A program made the position numbers and the translations under genes. DNA of 60,040 nt from a candidate division CPR2 bacterium GW2011_GWC2_39_10. Its GTDB lineage: Bacteria > Patescibacteriota > CPR2. Below the pieces are notes generated by a model. That model was not told where the DNA came from, searched no databases, and saw nothing but the letters and a program-made list of their open reading frames with translations. Where the stretch lies: positions 1-60,040 of the forward strand of contig LBVV01000003.1 of assembly GCA_000993275.1 (NCBI GenBank). Reading direction: 5' to 3'. This document shows, piece by piece, positions 25,884-35,437 of the stretch. Numbering within the stretch: position 1 is the first letter of the stretch; each line of letters begins with the position of its first letter.

Positions 25884-26795
25884 TCACGATCTCTCTATGT
25901 TTAATGACTTCTTTTGCTGAGCGATCCATGCCGAAAATGAATCAGCCTCTCCGTCACTAACTTTAGTTATTTTAGCTATAATAAATGCGCTATCAACGTA
26001 TTTGGCCCCTTCTCCGGTTATGGCAGGCAAAGTAATAACGAAGGGCTCGCTTATTGTATTGAGGGTCATATTTTTTAATTTCTTTTTAAAATCGGCATTT
26101 ATAAACATGGCTGTATCGGGCTTAAAGTAACCGCCCTGCCTATCCAGTTTCCCCGGAATGCCCTTAATATCGATAACCGGATCTTTTTCCACAATATCAA
26201 CTCCTTGCTGAAATGTTATTGTTCCGGTATTGAGTTTTTTGTATAAATCCTCAGCTAGTTTTTGAGCATAATTTCTTAATTCCGATGTTTGCTGCTCCGT
26301 CCCTCCCAGGTTATCGGAGTGAAATTTATCGAAACGTATTTTTATATATTCACCTTCTTTTTTAGTTACAACCCTTTCTTCAACTTTCAGCTTTGTAACT
26401 CTATACTTAACATTCTCCCTCACTATTGCTACCTTTTCGTTATCCAATCCCTCAACCTCTATGCCCTCTTCCTTTAAAAAAGCATCAACCGCATCATCCG
26501 CGACATTGATGCCTAATCTTGCTGCCGCACTTTCCACAATTGTCTTTTCTACTAGCTCATCTACAAGTTCCTTCTTAAATCCTTCTGAGATCTGTTGAGG
26601 ATTATCTGCGCTGCCCTCAAAATTTATACTGTAAATTCTTTTATTAAGATCCATTTGGGTTATTTTCTTATCACCAATTGTTACTATAGCTCTAGTTTTG
26701 TCATACTTTGTTTTGTAAAGATAAAAAAAAGCCACCGCAATTAGAATTACAAAAAGTGACATTAAAGGAATTTTTACTTTATTAAATTTTTTCAT
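25884..26795 (-). CDS. PrsA/SurA-like membrane-anchored chaperone with a degenerate parvulin-like C-terminal domain
   Basis: N-terminal TM anchor, a SurA-N-like helical region, and the C-terminal pattern GGYFKPDT..FINADFKKKLKNM..ISEPFVI...AFIIAKITKV. Confidence 0.45.
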   Translation of the reverse strand: MKKFNKVKIPLMSLFVILIAVAFFYLYKTKYDKTRAIVTIGDKKITQMDLNKRIYSINFEGSADNPQQISEGFKKELVDELVEKTIVESAAARLGINVADDAVDAFLKEEGIEVEGLDNEKVAIVRENVKYRVTKLKVEERVVTKKEGEYIKIRFDKFHSDNLGGTEQQTSELRNYAQKLAEDLYKKLNTGTITFQQGVDIVEKDPVIDIKGIPGKLDRQGGYFKPDTAMFINADFKKKLKNMTLNTISEPFVITLPAITGEGAKYVDSAFIIAKITKVSDGEADSFSAWIAQQKKSLNIERS

Positions 26796-26858
26796 AAACC
26801 CTCACCTTGTTAATTAACCAAGCCCTTATACTATTTATACAAATTATTTTATCGGTTG

Positions 26859-27692
26859 TCAAATTATTAAGCCGAAAGCATGCATATATTGACTAATGAT
26901 ATAATCAGACCACAGATAAGCAAGTAATGTACCTAATATTAAAAAGGGTCCGAAAGGTATGGCATCTTTCATTTTTTTAATTTTTAAAACAATAGCCGCT
27001 ATACCGATAATCGAACCTAAAATAAATGCAATCATTAGCGCTAACAATATCTTTGGCCAGCCCAAAAGAAGGCCCATCATTAAGCCCATTTTAACGTCTC
27101 CGCCGCCCATCCATGCGCCCTTGGAAACAGCATAAAAGAAAAAGAAAAAAGCAAAACCAAAAAAACCAGACAATAAATTTGCGCCAATTAACTTAAGACT
27201 ACCATTTAATGCACCGCCGCTATCTATGACCGGAATAATAACAGCGAATAAGAAGCTTATAATAATCAGCGGATACATTATTTCATCATAGATAAGCATC
27301 TCTTTTAAATCGGTTACGGTTATTATAATTAATAAGGAAAAAACTAACAGCCAAAAGGCAAATACAAACCAATTGTATACTGGTAAATTGATCATATCTA
27401 AGCCGCCAAATTCTTTTTGGTAAATAGCCACAAAAACAATGCCCGTTAAAAGCTCTACTATTGGATATTGAATAGATATCGGTTTTTTGCAATAATGGCA
27501 TCTGCCTTGAAGACCAATATAGCTAAACAAAGGAATTAAATCCCAAAAACCTAATTTGTGCTTGCAATTTGGACACGCTGAGTGCAGTCTGAATATGCTT
27601 TTTCCTTTAATAAGGGCATAAGCCGCAACATTTAAAAAACTACCCACAATCAGGCCAAAAACAAAAATGAAAGGAAAATAAATTTCTTGCAT
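26859..27692 (-). CDS. pilD: Prepilin peptidase (A24 family)
   Basis: CPNCKHKL...GRCHYCKKPISIQYPIVELLTG zinc-finger segment, a GGGDVKM aspartyl motif, polytopic. Confidence 0.9.
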   Translation of the reverse strand: MQEIYFPFIFVFGLIVGSFLNVAAYALIKGKSIFRLHSACPNCKHKLGFWDLIPLFSYIGLQGRCHYCKKPISIQYPIVELLTGIVFVAIYQKEFGGLDMINLPVYNWFVFAFWLLVFSLLIIITVTDLKEMLIYDEIMYPLIIISFLFAVIIPVIDSGGALNGSLKLIGANLLSGFFGFAFFFFFYAVSKGAWMGGGDVKMGLMMGLLLGWPKILLALMIAFILGSIIGIAAIVLKIKKMKDAIPFGPFLILGTLLAYLWSDYIISQYMHAFGLII

Positions 27693-27730
27693 ATGTATTA
27701 TTTTCTTACAAATTTAATGCAATGTAAATA

Positions 27731-27766
27731 AAAAAAGCGCCCATAACCTTAGGGGCGCTTTTTTTT
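27731..27766 (-). terminator. Strong hairpin terminator/attenuator after the major pilin gene
   Basis: On the minus strand: AGCGCCCC-TAAGGTTAT-GGGCGCT followed by TTTTTTT. Confidence 0.75.
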
Positions 27767-27775
27767 AGCTAATCT

Positions 27776-28219
27776 TTATTGGATAGAAAAATCTTCGCCG
27801 ACTGCTAAAGTGTTAGCGCAAGTTCCTAACGTTTCAGGCTCAGGAAGTATCCTTAAGTTATATTGGTTTCTGGATACCTTGCTATAACAACTTCTGTTAT
27901 CGTCAGTGGCACCCCTTGGATCTTCAACATCAAAAGTAGCGTAAGTTGGAAACAGTGCTTTTAAGTTCACGATATTAATATCGGTACCTACAGTGCCCGG
28001 ATAATCCTTCTTCGATGAATAATACGACTCCAAAGCCGCCTTCATGGACGTAATGTTTGACCTTCGTTGAGTATTTCTAGACTGCATCCTAGCTGTGTTA
28101 ATTGCCCAGATCATTAATGTTACCAAAATAGCAATGATTGCCATTACTACTAAAAGCTCTATTAGAGTAAAACCCTTCGATTTACTCAGGACTTTTCCTT
28201 TTTTGGATTTTTTTAGCAT
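27776..28219 (-). CDS. pilA: Major type IV pilin
   Basis: SKSKG/FTLIELLVVMAIIAIL class III signal. GGAGGG RBS upstream. A dedicated terminator follows. Confidence 0.85.
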   Translation of the reverse strand: MLKKSKKGKVLSKSKGFTLIELLVVMAIIAILVTLMIWAINTARMQSRNTQRRSNITSMKAALESYYSSKKDYPGTVGTDINIVNLKALFPTYATFDVEDPRGATDDNRSCYSKVSRNQYNLRILPEPETLGTCANTLAVGEDFSIQ

Positions 28220-28245
28220 TTTCTGCCCTCCTTTTTTAAAAAAAT

Positions 28246-29466
28246 TTATTTTTTATACATAACCTGCGAAAGCCCGTAAATAGGCATCATTATTGCTACC
28301 AATATACCGCCAACAACAACACCTAACACTACAATAATAAACGGCTCTAAAAGCGCTGACAAGCCTTTTATTAAATTATCAACCTCTTCCTCGTAATAAT
28401 TGGCTAAACCCTCAAGCATCTGGTCCATTTCGCCTGTTTCTTCTCCAACACTAATCATTTGCCCAACCACCGCCGGAAACAACGGATTTGCGTTTAAGGG
28501 TTCGGATAATGGCTTTCCTCCTTGTACTAAATCAGAAACCTTAAAAACCGCCTGTTTATAAATAACGTTTCCGCAGGCTCTGCCGGCAATTTTTAAAGAA
28601 TCTAGCACCGGCACCCCTGAACCCATTAAGGTGCCTAGCGTTCTTGTAAATCTGGCCAAAATAATTTTCCTAACTAACGAGCCGAGCCCGGGTATAGATA
28701 TTTTGGTCTGATCCCATACTTGGCGCCCGAAAGGTGTCTGAATAAAAGTACGCGCTAGGATTATAAAAAAAATTGTAAATAATATTACGATCCACCAAAA
28801 TTTAATTAAAAATCCGCTTACCCCCATTAAGAATTGGGTAATGGCGGGCAAATCTCCTTTTAAATCACTGTATAGGTCAGCCATCTTTGGCATAACATAC
28901 ATTAACATTACAGCCACAACACCAACAACTACCAACAAAACGAAGGAGGGATAAATCATAGCGCTTGTAAGTTTTGACTTTAAGGCATAATCTTTTTCCA
29001 ATTGTTTGGCCATCCTGGTTAAAACGATATCCAAAGAACCCGAAGCCTCACCAGCCTGTATTAAGCTTATATCGGTTACGTTGAAGACTTTTGGAAATCT
29101 GCCAAACGCTTGAGACAAAGAACTGCCGTTTTCAATTTCTTTTAAAATATCAACAAATATTTTTTGAATATATGGCTTATCGATCTGTTTAATTAAAGTT
29201 TGCAAGGCTTTTGCTACCGGCAAACCTGCATTAATTAGAGTGGCAAGCTGTCTTATAATATTTGCCTTTTGTTTAGTAGAAACTCCCTCAAAAATACCTA
29301 AACTGATATTGCCGGAAGAAACTGACGTTTTTTTCTGCTCTATTTTTACAGGGTAAAGCTGTTTTTCTACCAAAGCTTTGGCAACGGCATTAGCGTCCGG
29401 CGCGTCTAAAACACCGGATATTAGCTGCCCCTGCGCATTTTTGGCTGTGTAAACGAATGTTAACAT
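28246..29466 (-). CDS. pilC: Type IV pilus platform protein (GspF/PilC family)
   Basis: 406 aa with duplicated T2SS-F domains and three TM segments. Confidence 0.9.
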   Translation of the reverse strand: MLTFVYTAKNAQGQLISGVLDAPDANAVAKALVEKQLYPVKIEQKKTSVSSGNISLGIFEGVSTKQKANIIRQLATLINAGLPVAKALQTLIKQIDKPYIQKIFVDILKEIENGSSLSQAFGRFPKVFNVTDISLIQAGEASGSLDIVLTRMAKQLEKDYALKSKLTSAMIYPSFVLLVVVGVVAVMLMYVMPKMADLYSDLKGDLPAITQFLMGVSGFLIKFWWIVILFTIFFIILARTFIQTPFGRQVWDQTKISIPGLGSLVRKIILARFTRTLGTLMGSGVPVLDSLKIAGRACGNVIYKQAVFKVSDLVQGGKPLSEPLNANPLFPAVVGQMISVGEETGEMDQMLEGLANYYEEEVDNLIKGLSALLEPFIIVVLGVVVGGILVAIMMPIYGLSQVMYKK

Positions 29467-30537
29467 TTAACCTCTTATATATCTTTCTAATTGCTGGATA
29501 TCAATTGAATAGCTTTTAGCTTCATCCAAGGTAATTTTACCGGCTTTAACAAAGTTTGCCAAAGCGCTGTCCATAGTTATCATACCATGTTCGGTACCGG
29601 TTTGGATAACCCCTTCTAGCTGGTGGGTTTTTCCTTCCCTAATAATATTTCTAACCGCCGCCGTGGCGATCATTACTTCGGCAATGGCAACTCGGCCGCC
29701 GCCGATAGCCGGAACAAGCCTTTGCGATATAATTCCCTGAAGCATACCGGCGAGCTGAACCCTAACCTGCTGCTGCTGATGCGGCGGGAAAACGTCCACA
29801 ATACGGTCAACCGACTGAGCTGCACTATTGGTATGAAGTGTGGCAAGAACCAGGTGCCCGGTTTCAGCAATAGTTATAGCTGCCGCAATTGTCTCTAAAT
29901 CACGCATTTCGCCAACCAACACAACGTCCGGATCTTCACGAAGAACCGACCTTAAAGCCGCTGCAAACGACCTGGTATCATAATGAACTTCTCTTTGCTC
30001 TAGGATCGATTTTTTATTGACATGATTATACTCTATCGGGTCCTCTACCGTTATAATATGGCAAGCCTTTTCGGTGTTTATATAGTTAATCATGGCAGCA
30101 AGAGAAGTTGATTTACCGGAACCGGTGGGGCCGGTAAACAAAACTAAGCCTCTTGGAATTTTGGCAAGTTCAAAACAAACCTTTGGAAGGCCCAAATCTT
30201 CTATGCTACGGATTTTTGTGGGAATAAGCCTTAGAGCAAGGCCGGCATTGCCTCTTTGATGATAAGCGTTGGCCCTAAATCTGGCAACATCGCCGAAAGC
30301 GAAGGAAAAATCTACTTCTTTATCGCGAATAAAAATTTCCTTCTGGTTGTCATCAACCACTTGAAACACTATGTCTTCAGTTTGTTCTGCTGTCAGTTGA
30401 CCATATTCCGAAAGAGGCACCAACCGTCCGTCAACTCTTAAAACCGGGGGCACCCCGACCGAAAGATGCAAGTCGGACGCATCCTGTTTTAAAACTTCTT
30501 CCAGCAAATGTTCTACTTTTATTGTTTGTGTCGGCAT
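29467..30537 (-). CDS. pilT: Type IV pilus retraction ATPase
   Basis: Walker A GPTGSGKST, Asp/His boxes, and about 356 aa from ATG 30537 (GGAGGAAGT directly upstream). The ORF-track start at 30579 is probably too long. Confidence 0.85.
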   Translation of the reverse strand: MPTQTIKVEHLLEEVLKQDASDLHLSVGVPPVLRVDGRLVPLSEYGQLTAEQTEDIVFQVVDDNQKEIFIRDKEVDFSFAFGDVARFRANAYHQRGNAGLALRLIPTKIRSIEDLGLPKVCFELAKIPRGLVLFTGPTGSGKSTSLAAMINYINTEKACHIITVEDPIEYNHVNKKSILEQREVHYDTRSFAAALRSVLREDPDVVLVGEMRDLETIAAAITIAETGHLVLATLHTNSAAQSVDRIVDVFPPHQQQQVRVQLAGMLQGIISQRLVPAIGGGRVAIAEVMIATAAVRNIIREGKTHQLEGVIQTGTEHGMITMDSALANFVKAGKITLDEAKSYSIDIQQLERYIRG

Positions 30538-30555
30538 ACTTCCTCCAGTTATATT

Positions 30556-30588
30556 CAATAAACAATTAGCAATAAGCAATTAACAAAG
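30556..30588. repeat. Left 33-nt terminal inverted repeat of the four-helix-bundle ORF cassette
   Basis: CAATAAACAATTAGCAATAAGCAATTAACAAAG matches the reverse complement of 31115-31147 at 31 of 33 positions. Confidence 0.85.
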
Positions 30589-30593
30589 GCAAA

Positions 30594-30950
30594 TCAAATG
30601 TTTGCCTTTTCCTTAACCTTATTCATTAAAACCCACAATATTTTACCAATTTCTTCAGCCAATGTTAAGGCGTCATTATAATCTTTTTTATTTAAATATC
30701 CTTCATCGCTACAAAAATGAAGCAAATATTTGGTTTCCTTTAGGGAACCATAGGCAATTTGCAAGAACTGTTTAAAGCTCCTACTGCTTTGTCTGGCATA
30801 TCCCTCAACAATATTTAAAGGAACTGATAATACTGCGCGCCTTAATTGAGAAGTTATTCCATAAACCTCTTCTTTTGAAAAATCTCTAGTAAATTTATAA
30901 ACCAAATGAGCTAATTGATCTGATTTATAGTATAAAGGATTACTCTGCAT
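30594..30950 (-). CDS. Four-helix-bundle protein (23S rRNA intervening-sequence protein / Avd-like family)
   Basis: Family-typical FTRDFSKEEVYGITSQLRRAVLSVPLNIVEGYARQS...FLQIAYGSLKETKYLL, 118 aa. Confidence 0.8.
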   Translation of the reverse strand: MQSNPLYYKSDQLAHLVYKFTRDFSKEEVYGITSQLRRAVLSVPLNIVEGYARQSSRSFKQFLQIAYGSLKETKYLLHFCSDEGYLNKKDYNDALTLAEEIGKILWVLMNKVKEKANI

Positions 30951-31114
30951 GTTTTTTCTTACCTTCTTGCTTACTCTTTTATTTTTATTGTTAATTGTTT
31001 CATATTATTTAAATTATTGATTTTCTGGATTCCCGCCTTCGCGGGAATGACAAGGGGTGTTGCGGGAATGACAGTGTGTAGTATGAAAATGACAGGGGTG
31101 GGATTAATCATTTT

Positions 31115-31147
31115 CTTTGTTTATTGCTTATTGTTAATTGTTTATTG
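31115..31147. repeat. Right 33-nt terminal inverted repeat of the four-helix-bundle ORF cassette
   Basis: CTTTGTTTATTGCTTATTGTTAATTGTTTATTG. See 30556-30588. Confidence 0.85.
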
Positions 31148-31162
31148 ATTATTAGGCTTCGC

Positions 31163-32956
31163 CTAATAATCCTGTGCTACTCTGGCTACTTCCTTTATTG
31201 TTGTTATTCCGGACAAGGCTTTCAAATAACCGTCTTGTTTCATGGTTACCATGCCTTCTTTAACGGCCGCGTCTTGAATTTCTGAGGTGGTAGCGTCTGC
31301 CAAAAGCAACCTTTCCATGGCCTGCGATACCGAAAATATTTCGTAAATCCCCATTCTTCCCGAATAACCGCTGCCATGACATTCTTCGCATCCCTTGCCC
31401 TTATATAAATTATACTTCTCAGTGTCGCGAAATGGAAGGTTTGGCATCCCGAAATCTGCAATTACTTCTTTAGCTTTAGGATCGCTCGATTCCGGCAAAA
31501 CTTCTTTTAGCGATTCTTTAATTGCAGCGGTTTCGGATTCTGAAGCAACATAAGCTTCTCGGCATTTATCGCAAATTTTCCTGACCAGTCTTTGCCCAAC
31601 AACGGTATTAACGGTGGATGCAATTAAAAACGGCTCTACTTTCATGTCTTTTAAACGAGGCAAAACACCGGCAGCAGAATTAGTATGCAAGGTGGAAAGA
31701 ACAACGTGCCCCGTTAAGGCCGACTGAACCGCCAAATCGGCAGTTTCGGTATCTCGAATTTCACCAACCATTATAACGTCGGGGTCCTGACGCAGAACAG
31801 AACGTAAACCCGCCGCAAACGTCAGACCTATGGCCGCATTTGTTTGAATCTGATTTATGCCTTCAATGTTATATTCCACCGGATCTTCTAAAGTAATAAT
31901 ATTAATTTCGGCCGAATTTATTTTTGACAAAACCGCATACAGAGTAGTAGATTTACCGGAACCGGTAGGGCCTGTGGATAAAATCATGCCATGCGGTTTC
32001 CCGGCAGCTTCTTCTATAAGGCGATAAGCCCGGCCTTTGATGCCCAGTTTGTCCAAAGTAATAACGCCGCCGGATTTATCTAAAATACGAATAACCACTT
32101 TTTCGCCATATACAATCGGCGATATTGAAATACGAAGATCCACGTCAGTTTCGCCAATTTTGATGGAAAAACGCCCGTCTTGAGGAAGACGATGCTCATC
32201 AATTTTTAAATTTGATAAAATTTTGATACGCGACACAATGGCGGCATGAATATGCTTGGGTAAAGTCATAACCTCGCTTAAAATACCATCAATTCTATAT
32301 CTTACCTTAACAGATTTTTCTCTGGGCTCTATATGAATATCAGATGCCTTGGCCTTAATGGCGTACTCTAAAATTGTATTCACAGCCCGAGTAACCGGCG
32401 CATCCTGAGAAATACTAACCTCTTCTCCGCCTTCTTTTGGAACCGGCGAATTTCCATCTTCCCCCAAATCGGAGATTCCCGGTAAATTATCCATGCCCTT
32501 CATAACATCTTTTGCTTCATTGGAAAAGGATTTAAACTGCGAAATTCCACTTTTAATACTTGTGGTTGAGGCAATAAAGGGAACAACCTTGAGGCCGGTT
32601 TTTTTCTCGACAAAATCGATAACTTGTAGATTGGCAGGGTCAACCATGGCAAAATTTAAATTACTGCCATTAGCGCCAAAGGGCAGAACCAGATACCTTT
32701 CGCAATATTCTTTTTCCAGCAAGTTTAAGGTTTTTTCATCAATTTTTTGATTGGTCAAATTAGCATAAGGGGTTTGGTTTGCTAAAGCCTTGGCCTTAGT
32801 TAAATCCTCTTCCTTAAGAGTTCCCGCATCCAATAAAACTTCATCTAGGGCCTTACCCAATTTGACGCTTTCTATTTTGGCAATATCAAGCTGATCGGGC
32901 GTTAAAACCTTATGTTCTAAAAGTACCTGCTCTAGTTTTTTATCATTCTTAACCAA
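31163..32956 (-). CDS. pilB: Type IV pilus assembly ATPase (GspE/PilB family)
   Basis: N-terminal GspE-N domains, Walker A GPTGSGKST, the CxxC...CxxC zinc motif (CDKC ... CEEC), TTG start. Confidence 0.9.
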   Translation of the reverse strand: MVKNDKKLEQVLLEHKVLTPDQLDIAKIESVKLGKALDEVLLDAGTLKEEDLTKAKALANQTPYANLTNQKIDEKTLNLLEKEYCERYLVLPFGANGSNLNFAMVDPANLQVIDFVEKKTGLKVVPFIASTTSIKSGISQFKSFSNEAKDVMKGMDNLPGISDLGEDGNSPVPKEGGEEVSISQDAPVTRAVNTILEYAIKAKASDIHIEPREKSVKVRYRIDGILSEVMTLPKHIHAAIVSRIKILSNLKIDEHRLPQDGRFSIKIGETDVDLRISISPIVYGEKVVIRILDKSGGVITLDKLGIKGRAYRLIEEAAGKPHGMILSTGPTGSGKSTTLYAVLSKINSAEINIITLEDPVEYNIEGINQIQTNAAIGLTFAAGLRSVLRQDPDVIMVGEIRDTETADLAVQSALTGHVVLSTLHTNSAAGVLPRLKDMKVEPFLIASTVNTVVGQRLVRKICDKCREAYVASESETAAIKESLKEVLPESSDPKAKEVIADFGMPNLPFRDTEKYNLYKGKGCEECHGSGYSGRMGIYEIFSVSQAMERLLLADATTSEIQDAAVKEGMVTMKQDGYLKALSGITTIKEVARVAQDY

Positions 32957-32969
32957 TGATTAGCCTTCT

Positions 32970-33257
32970 TTATTCATTTATTTGACGCTTGATGCCGGTA
33001 AAAATATCTCTTTGCTGATTAATTTCATCGGGACTTGGAGGGGCAACTTCATACCACTTTCTTTCCTCATTTTCCTTGATATTCCAATAGCTTTTCAAGT
33101 CGCCTTCCTTAATATCTCCCGTGTATGGAATTTTTTTCTCAACAATTCCTACCTTCTTTCTAGTCTTGCCGTATGTCATATAAACGAAATAAGAACATCC
33201 TCCGATAATTGCTATCATGAAAATTACTAAAAATAATTGGCTGTATTTTTTATTCAT
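32970..33257 (-). CDS. Small putative lipoprotein in the PilP position
   Basis: Lipobox-like IIGGCS after a hydrophobic N-terminus. It lies between the pilO-like gene and pilB. Confidence 0.4.
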   Translation of the reverse strand: MNKKYSQLFLVIFMIAIIGGCSYFVYMTYGKTRKKVGIVEKKIPYTGDIKEGDLKSYWNIKENEERKWYEVAPPSPDEINQQRDIFTGIKRQINE

Positions 33258-33837
33258 CTATTTTTACCTCACCTTTATAATAAGTGCTAATAGTTATATC
33301 GTAGGTTAATTTTGCACCTTCCTCAGTATTTAAAGAGAGCCCGGACACATTAAGAAGCTTTCTATTGTCCTGAACTAAGCGTAAAAACTTCATCAGATCT
33401 GTATATAAACCAGCAGAAGTAATTTTAAAATCCGTTTGCATGACGGTGCTGCTTACGCCGTCAATTGATACTGCCTGGCTTGTCCCTGACTCATTTACCA
33501 ATTTTGTTTCAATTTTCAGATCTTTAGAAATACCATCTATAGTTGCGTATAAATGAGGCCTATCATCCTTATTAGGTAAAATTTGGATTACCCTTGCGTC
33601 CATTAAATCAAGTAGGTTTTTTTGAACGTCGTTTTTAAGATATTTCTCTATAATATCTCTTCTTTTTTCGTAATAACTTAGATCAGCTGTTGCTTGCGAA
33701 ATTTTTTTATTTGTTTCGGTTATTTTTTGCCAATTTGGTTTTAAGATAAGAATTGCAATAAACAAATCAAAAATTATTGCAACCGTTACAATTAAAACTC
33801 CATATGCATTGGTTGATGCTCTTTCTTCTACTTCCAT
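33250..33837 (-). CDS. pilO: PilO-like pilus assembly protein
   Basis: Single N-terminal TM helix, a coiled coil, then a ferredoxin-like C-terminus. The call rests mainly on position after pilN. Confidence 0.5.
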   Translation of the reverse strand: MEVEERASTNAYGVLIVTVAIIFDLFIAILILKPNWQKITETNKKISQATADLSYYEKRRDIIEKYLKNDVQKNLLDLMDARVIQILPNKDDRPHLYATIDGISKDLKIETKLVNESGTSQAVSIDGVSSTVMQTDFKITSAGLYTDLMKFLRLVQDNRKLLNVSGLSLNTEEGAKLTYDITISTYYKGEVKIDE

Positions 33838-34403
33838 AGCACACCTCCTTCAACCTCGAAGCTTAAGCTAAAATCAATTTTATTATCTTGGTTAACCATA
33901 TATCCTGTGCTTTTAATATTCTTAAAAAGATTTGCCTTCTGACCATCAAGATCATTCGCCTGATAAGCTTCAAGGGTTGTTATAAATTGGTTCATTGATT
34001 CTACCGTATCGCAACCCGCCGTTATATTCACGACACCTTTATCGTTTGTATAACTAACTAGTCTTAATTCATTTGGAACAGTTTTCTCAAATTCTTCAAA
34101 AACTTTTTTCCATTTATAAGAGGCTTCATTTAATGTTTTTATATCAGCCATCCCTTCCTCAACCGTAAGAATCTTTTGCTCCGTTTTTTTATAGTCCTCT
34201 TTCATCAGATCTGTTTTTACTGCCATTATGCTTTTGTTATAATCGGACAGTTGTTTTTCTTTAATGTTTTTTATCCCTATAATGGAAGTGGCGCCAACTA
34301 TGCCGCAAATCCCCAAAACTATGGCCGCCGCCGTCGCCAAGAAATTGCTTTTTCCCTCTTTTATCTCCGTGGATTTTTCCTGCGGGATAAGATTTATTTT
34401 CAT
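33828..34403 (-). CDS. pilN: PilN-like pilus assembly protein
   Basis: MKINLIPQE N-terminus typical of PilN, then one TM helix. It overlaps pilM and pilO. Confidence 0.6.
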   Translation of the reverse strand: MKINLIPQEKSTEIKEGKSNFLATAAAIVLGICGIVGATSIIGIKNIKEKQLSDYNKSIMAVKTDLMKEDYKKTEQKILTVEEGMADIKTLNEASYKWKKVFEEFEKTVPNELRLVSYTNDKGVVNITAGCDTVESMNQFITTLEAYQANDLDGQKANLFKNIKSTGYMVNQDNKIDFSLSFEVEGGVLWK

Positions 34404-35437
34404 TTAACCTCCCTTAGTGCCAAACCGATAACTGTTGAATAGTCCGGTGCATTATTTATTATATCCTCCTGGACACTAACCGGATAGGCAATATTTTTCC
34501 AGGGGTTTGCTATTTGTACATCCATATTAAACGTTTTCGCAAAGAAAGTCCCAATTTCCGGCATTTTAGCGGATCCTCCACTTATTATAAACAAATCTAC
34601 GCGAGAACCAAACTGATTTTCAAAAAATTGCATCGATTTAATGATTTCGTCCACTATTGTGGCTAAAATCGGCTTAATTGCCTTATACACCCTGCCTTCA
34701 AGCTTTTCTAAGGTGACGCCAAACTTACACTTAAACTGGTCGGCCTGGGCAAGATCCAGGCCTAAGGTGTTGGAAATTGCACGGGTGAAAGCCTCCCCGC
34801 CAAAAGATATACTCCTTGAATGAAGAACAATGTGGTTTTCCACAATTGCAAGTTCTGTTGACATGGCGCCAATATCGACAATTAAACTTTTAGCGCCGGG
34901 AAAAGTAGCTAGAGACCTTGACAGGGCAATGTTGGTCGTTTCCAAACCAACCAAGTTAAGCCCGGCCTCTGCTATAATGCGGTTAATTCTTTTAACCCTT
35001 TCAATAGGAGCAGCCGTAATCATTACCTGAACCTGCTCATTAGCATTTTTTGGCACGCTAATTACTTGCCAGTCGTAGCGGACGTCTTCTATATTCATCG
35101 GTAAATTCTGCTGCACTTGCCATTGGACGGCTTTTTTAAGGTCTGACGGTGACATTTGCGGAAAAGGCAAAACCAAAGTAAACACCTGGTTTTCCGGCAG
35201 CGCCGTGGATACGTTCTTGGTGGTAGCCCTCGTTCCTTTAACCAACTGCCTTATAACTTCGGCAAGACGCCTGATATCGATATCGCTATCGCTCTGCGAC
35301 AAGCCAATAGGAATACTGGCCGTCCCGTAAGTAACTAAAAGAGGTTTAGCGCTAGACGCCTTTAACTGAACCAACTTAAGAGTAGTTGATCCTATATCTA
35401 GACCAAAAAATTCATCTGAACGACTAAATAAACCCAA
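34400..35437 (-). CDS. pilM: Type IV pilus assembly ATPase-fold protein PilM
   Basis: Actin-like fold motifs (FGLDIGSTTLKLVQL, DIGAMSTEL). TTG start with AGGAGGG upstream. Confidence 0.85.
   Translation of the reverse strand: MGLFSRSDEFFGLDIGSTTLKLVQLKASSAKPLLVTYGTASIPIGLSQSDSDIDIRRLAEVIRQLVKGTRATTKNVSTALPENQVFTLVLPFPQMSPSDLKKAVQWQVQQNLPMNIEDVRYDWQVISVPKNANEQVQVMITAAPIERVKRINRIIAEAGLNLVGLETTNIALSRSLATFPGAKSLIVDIGAMSTELAIVENHIVLHSRSISFGGEAFTRAISNTLGLDLAQADQFKCKFGVTLEKLEGRVYKAIKPILATIVDEIIKSMQFFENQFGSRVDLFIISGGSAKMPEIGTFFAKTFNMDVQIANPWKNIAYPVSVQEDIINNAPDYSTVIGLALREVK

Noticed and set aside
30594-30950. The Avd-like four-helix-bundle protein as a marker of a diversity-generating retroelement.
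   Set aside because: No ORF in the window has a reverse-transcriptase (YxDD) signature, and I saw no template/variable repeat pair. A DGR cannot be supported here.
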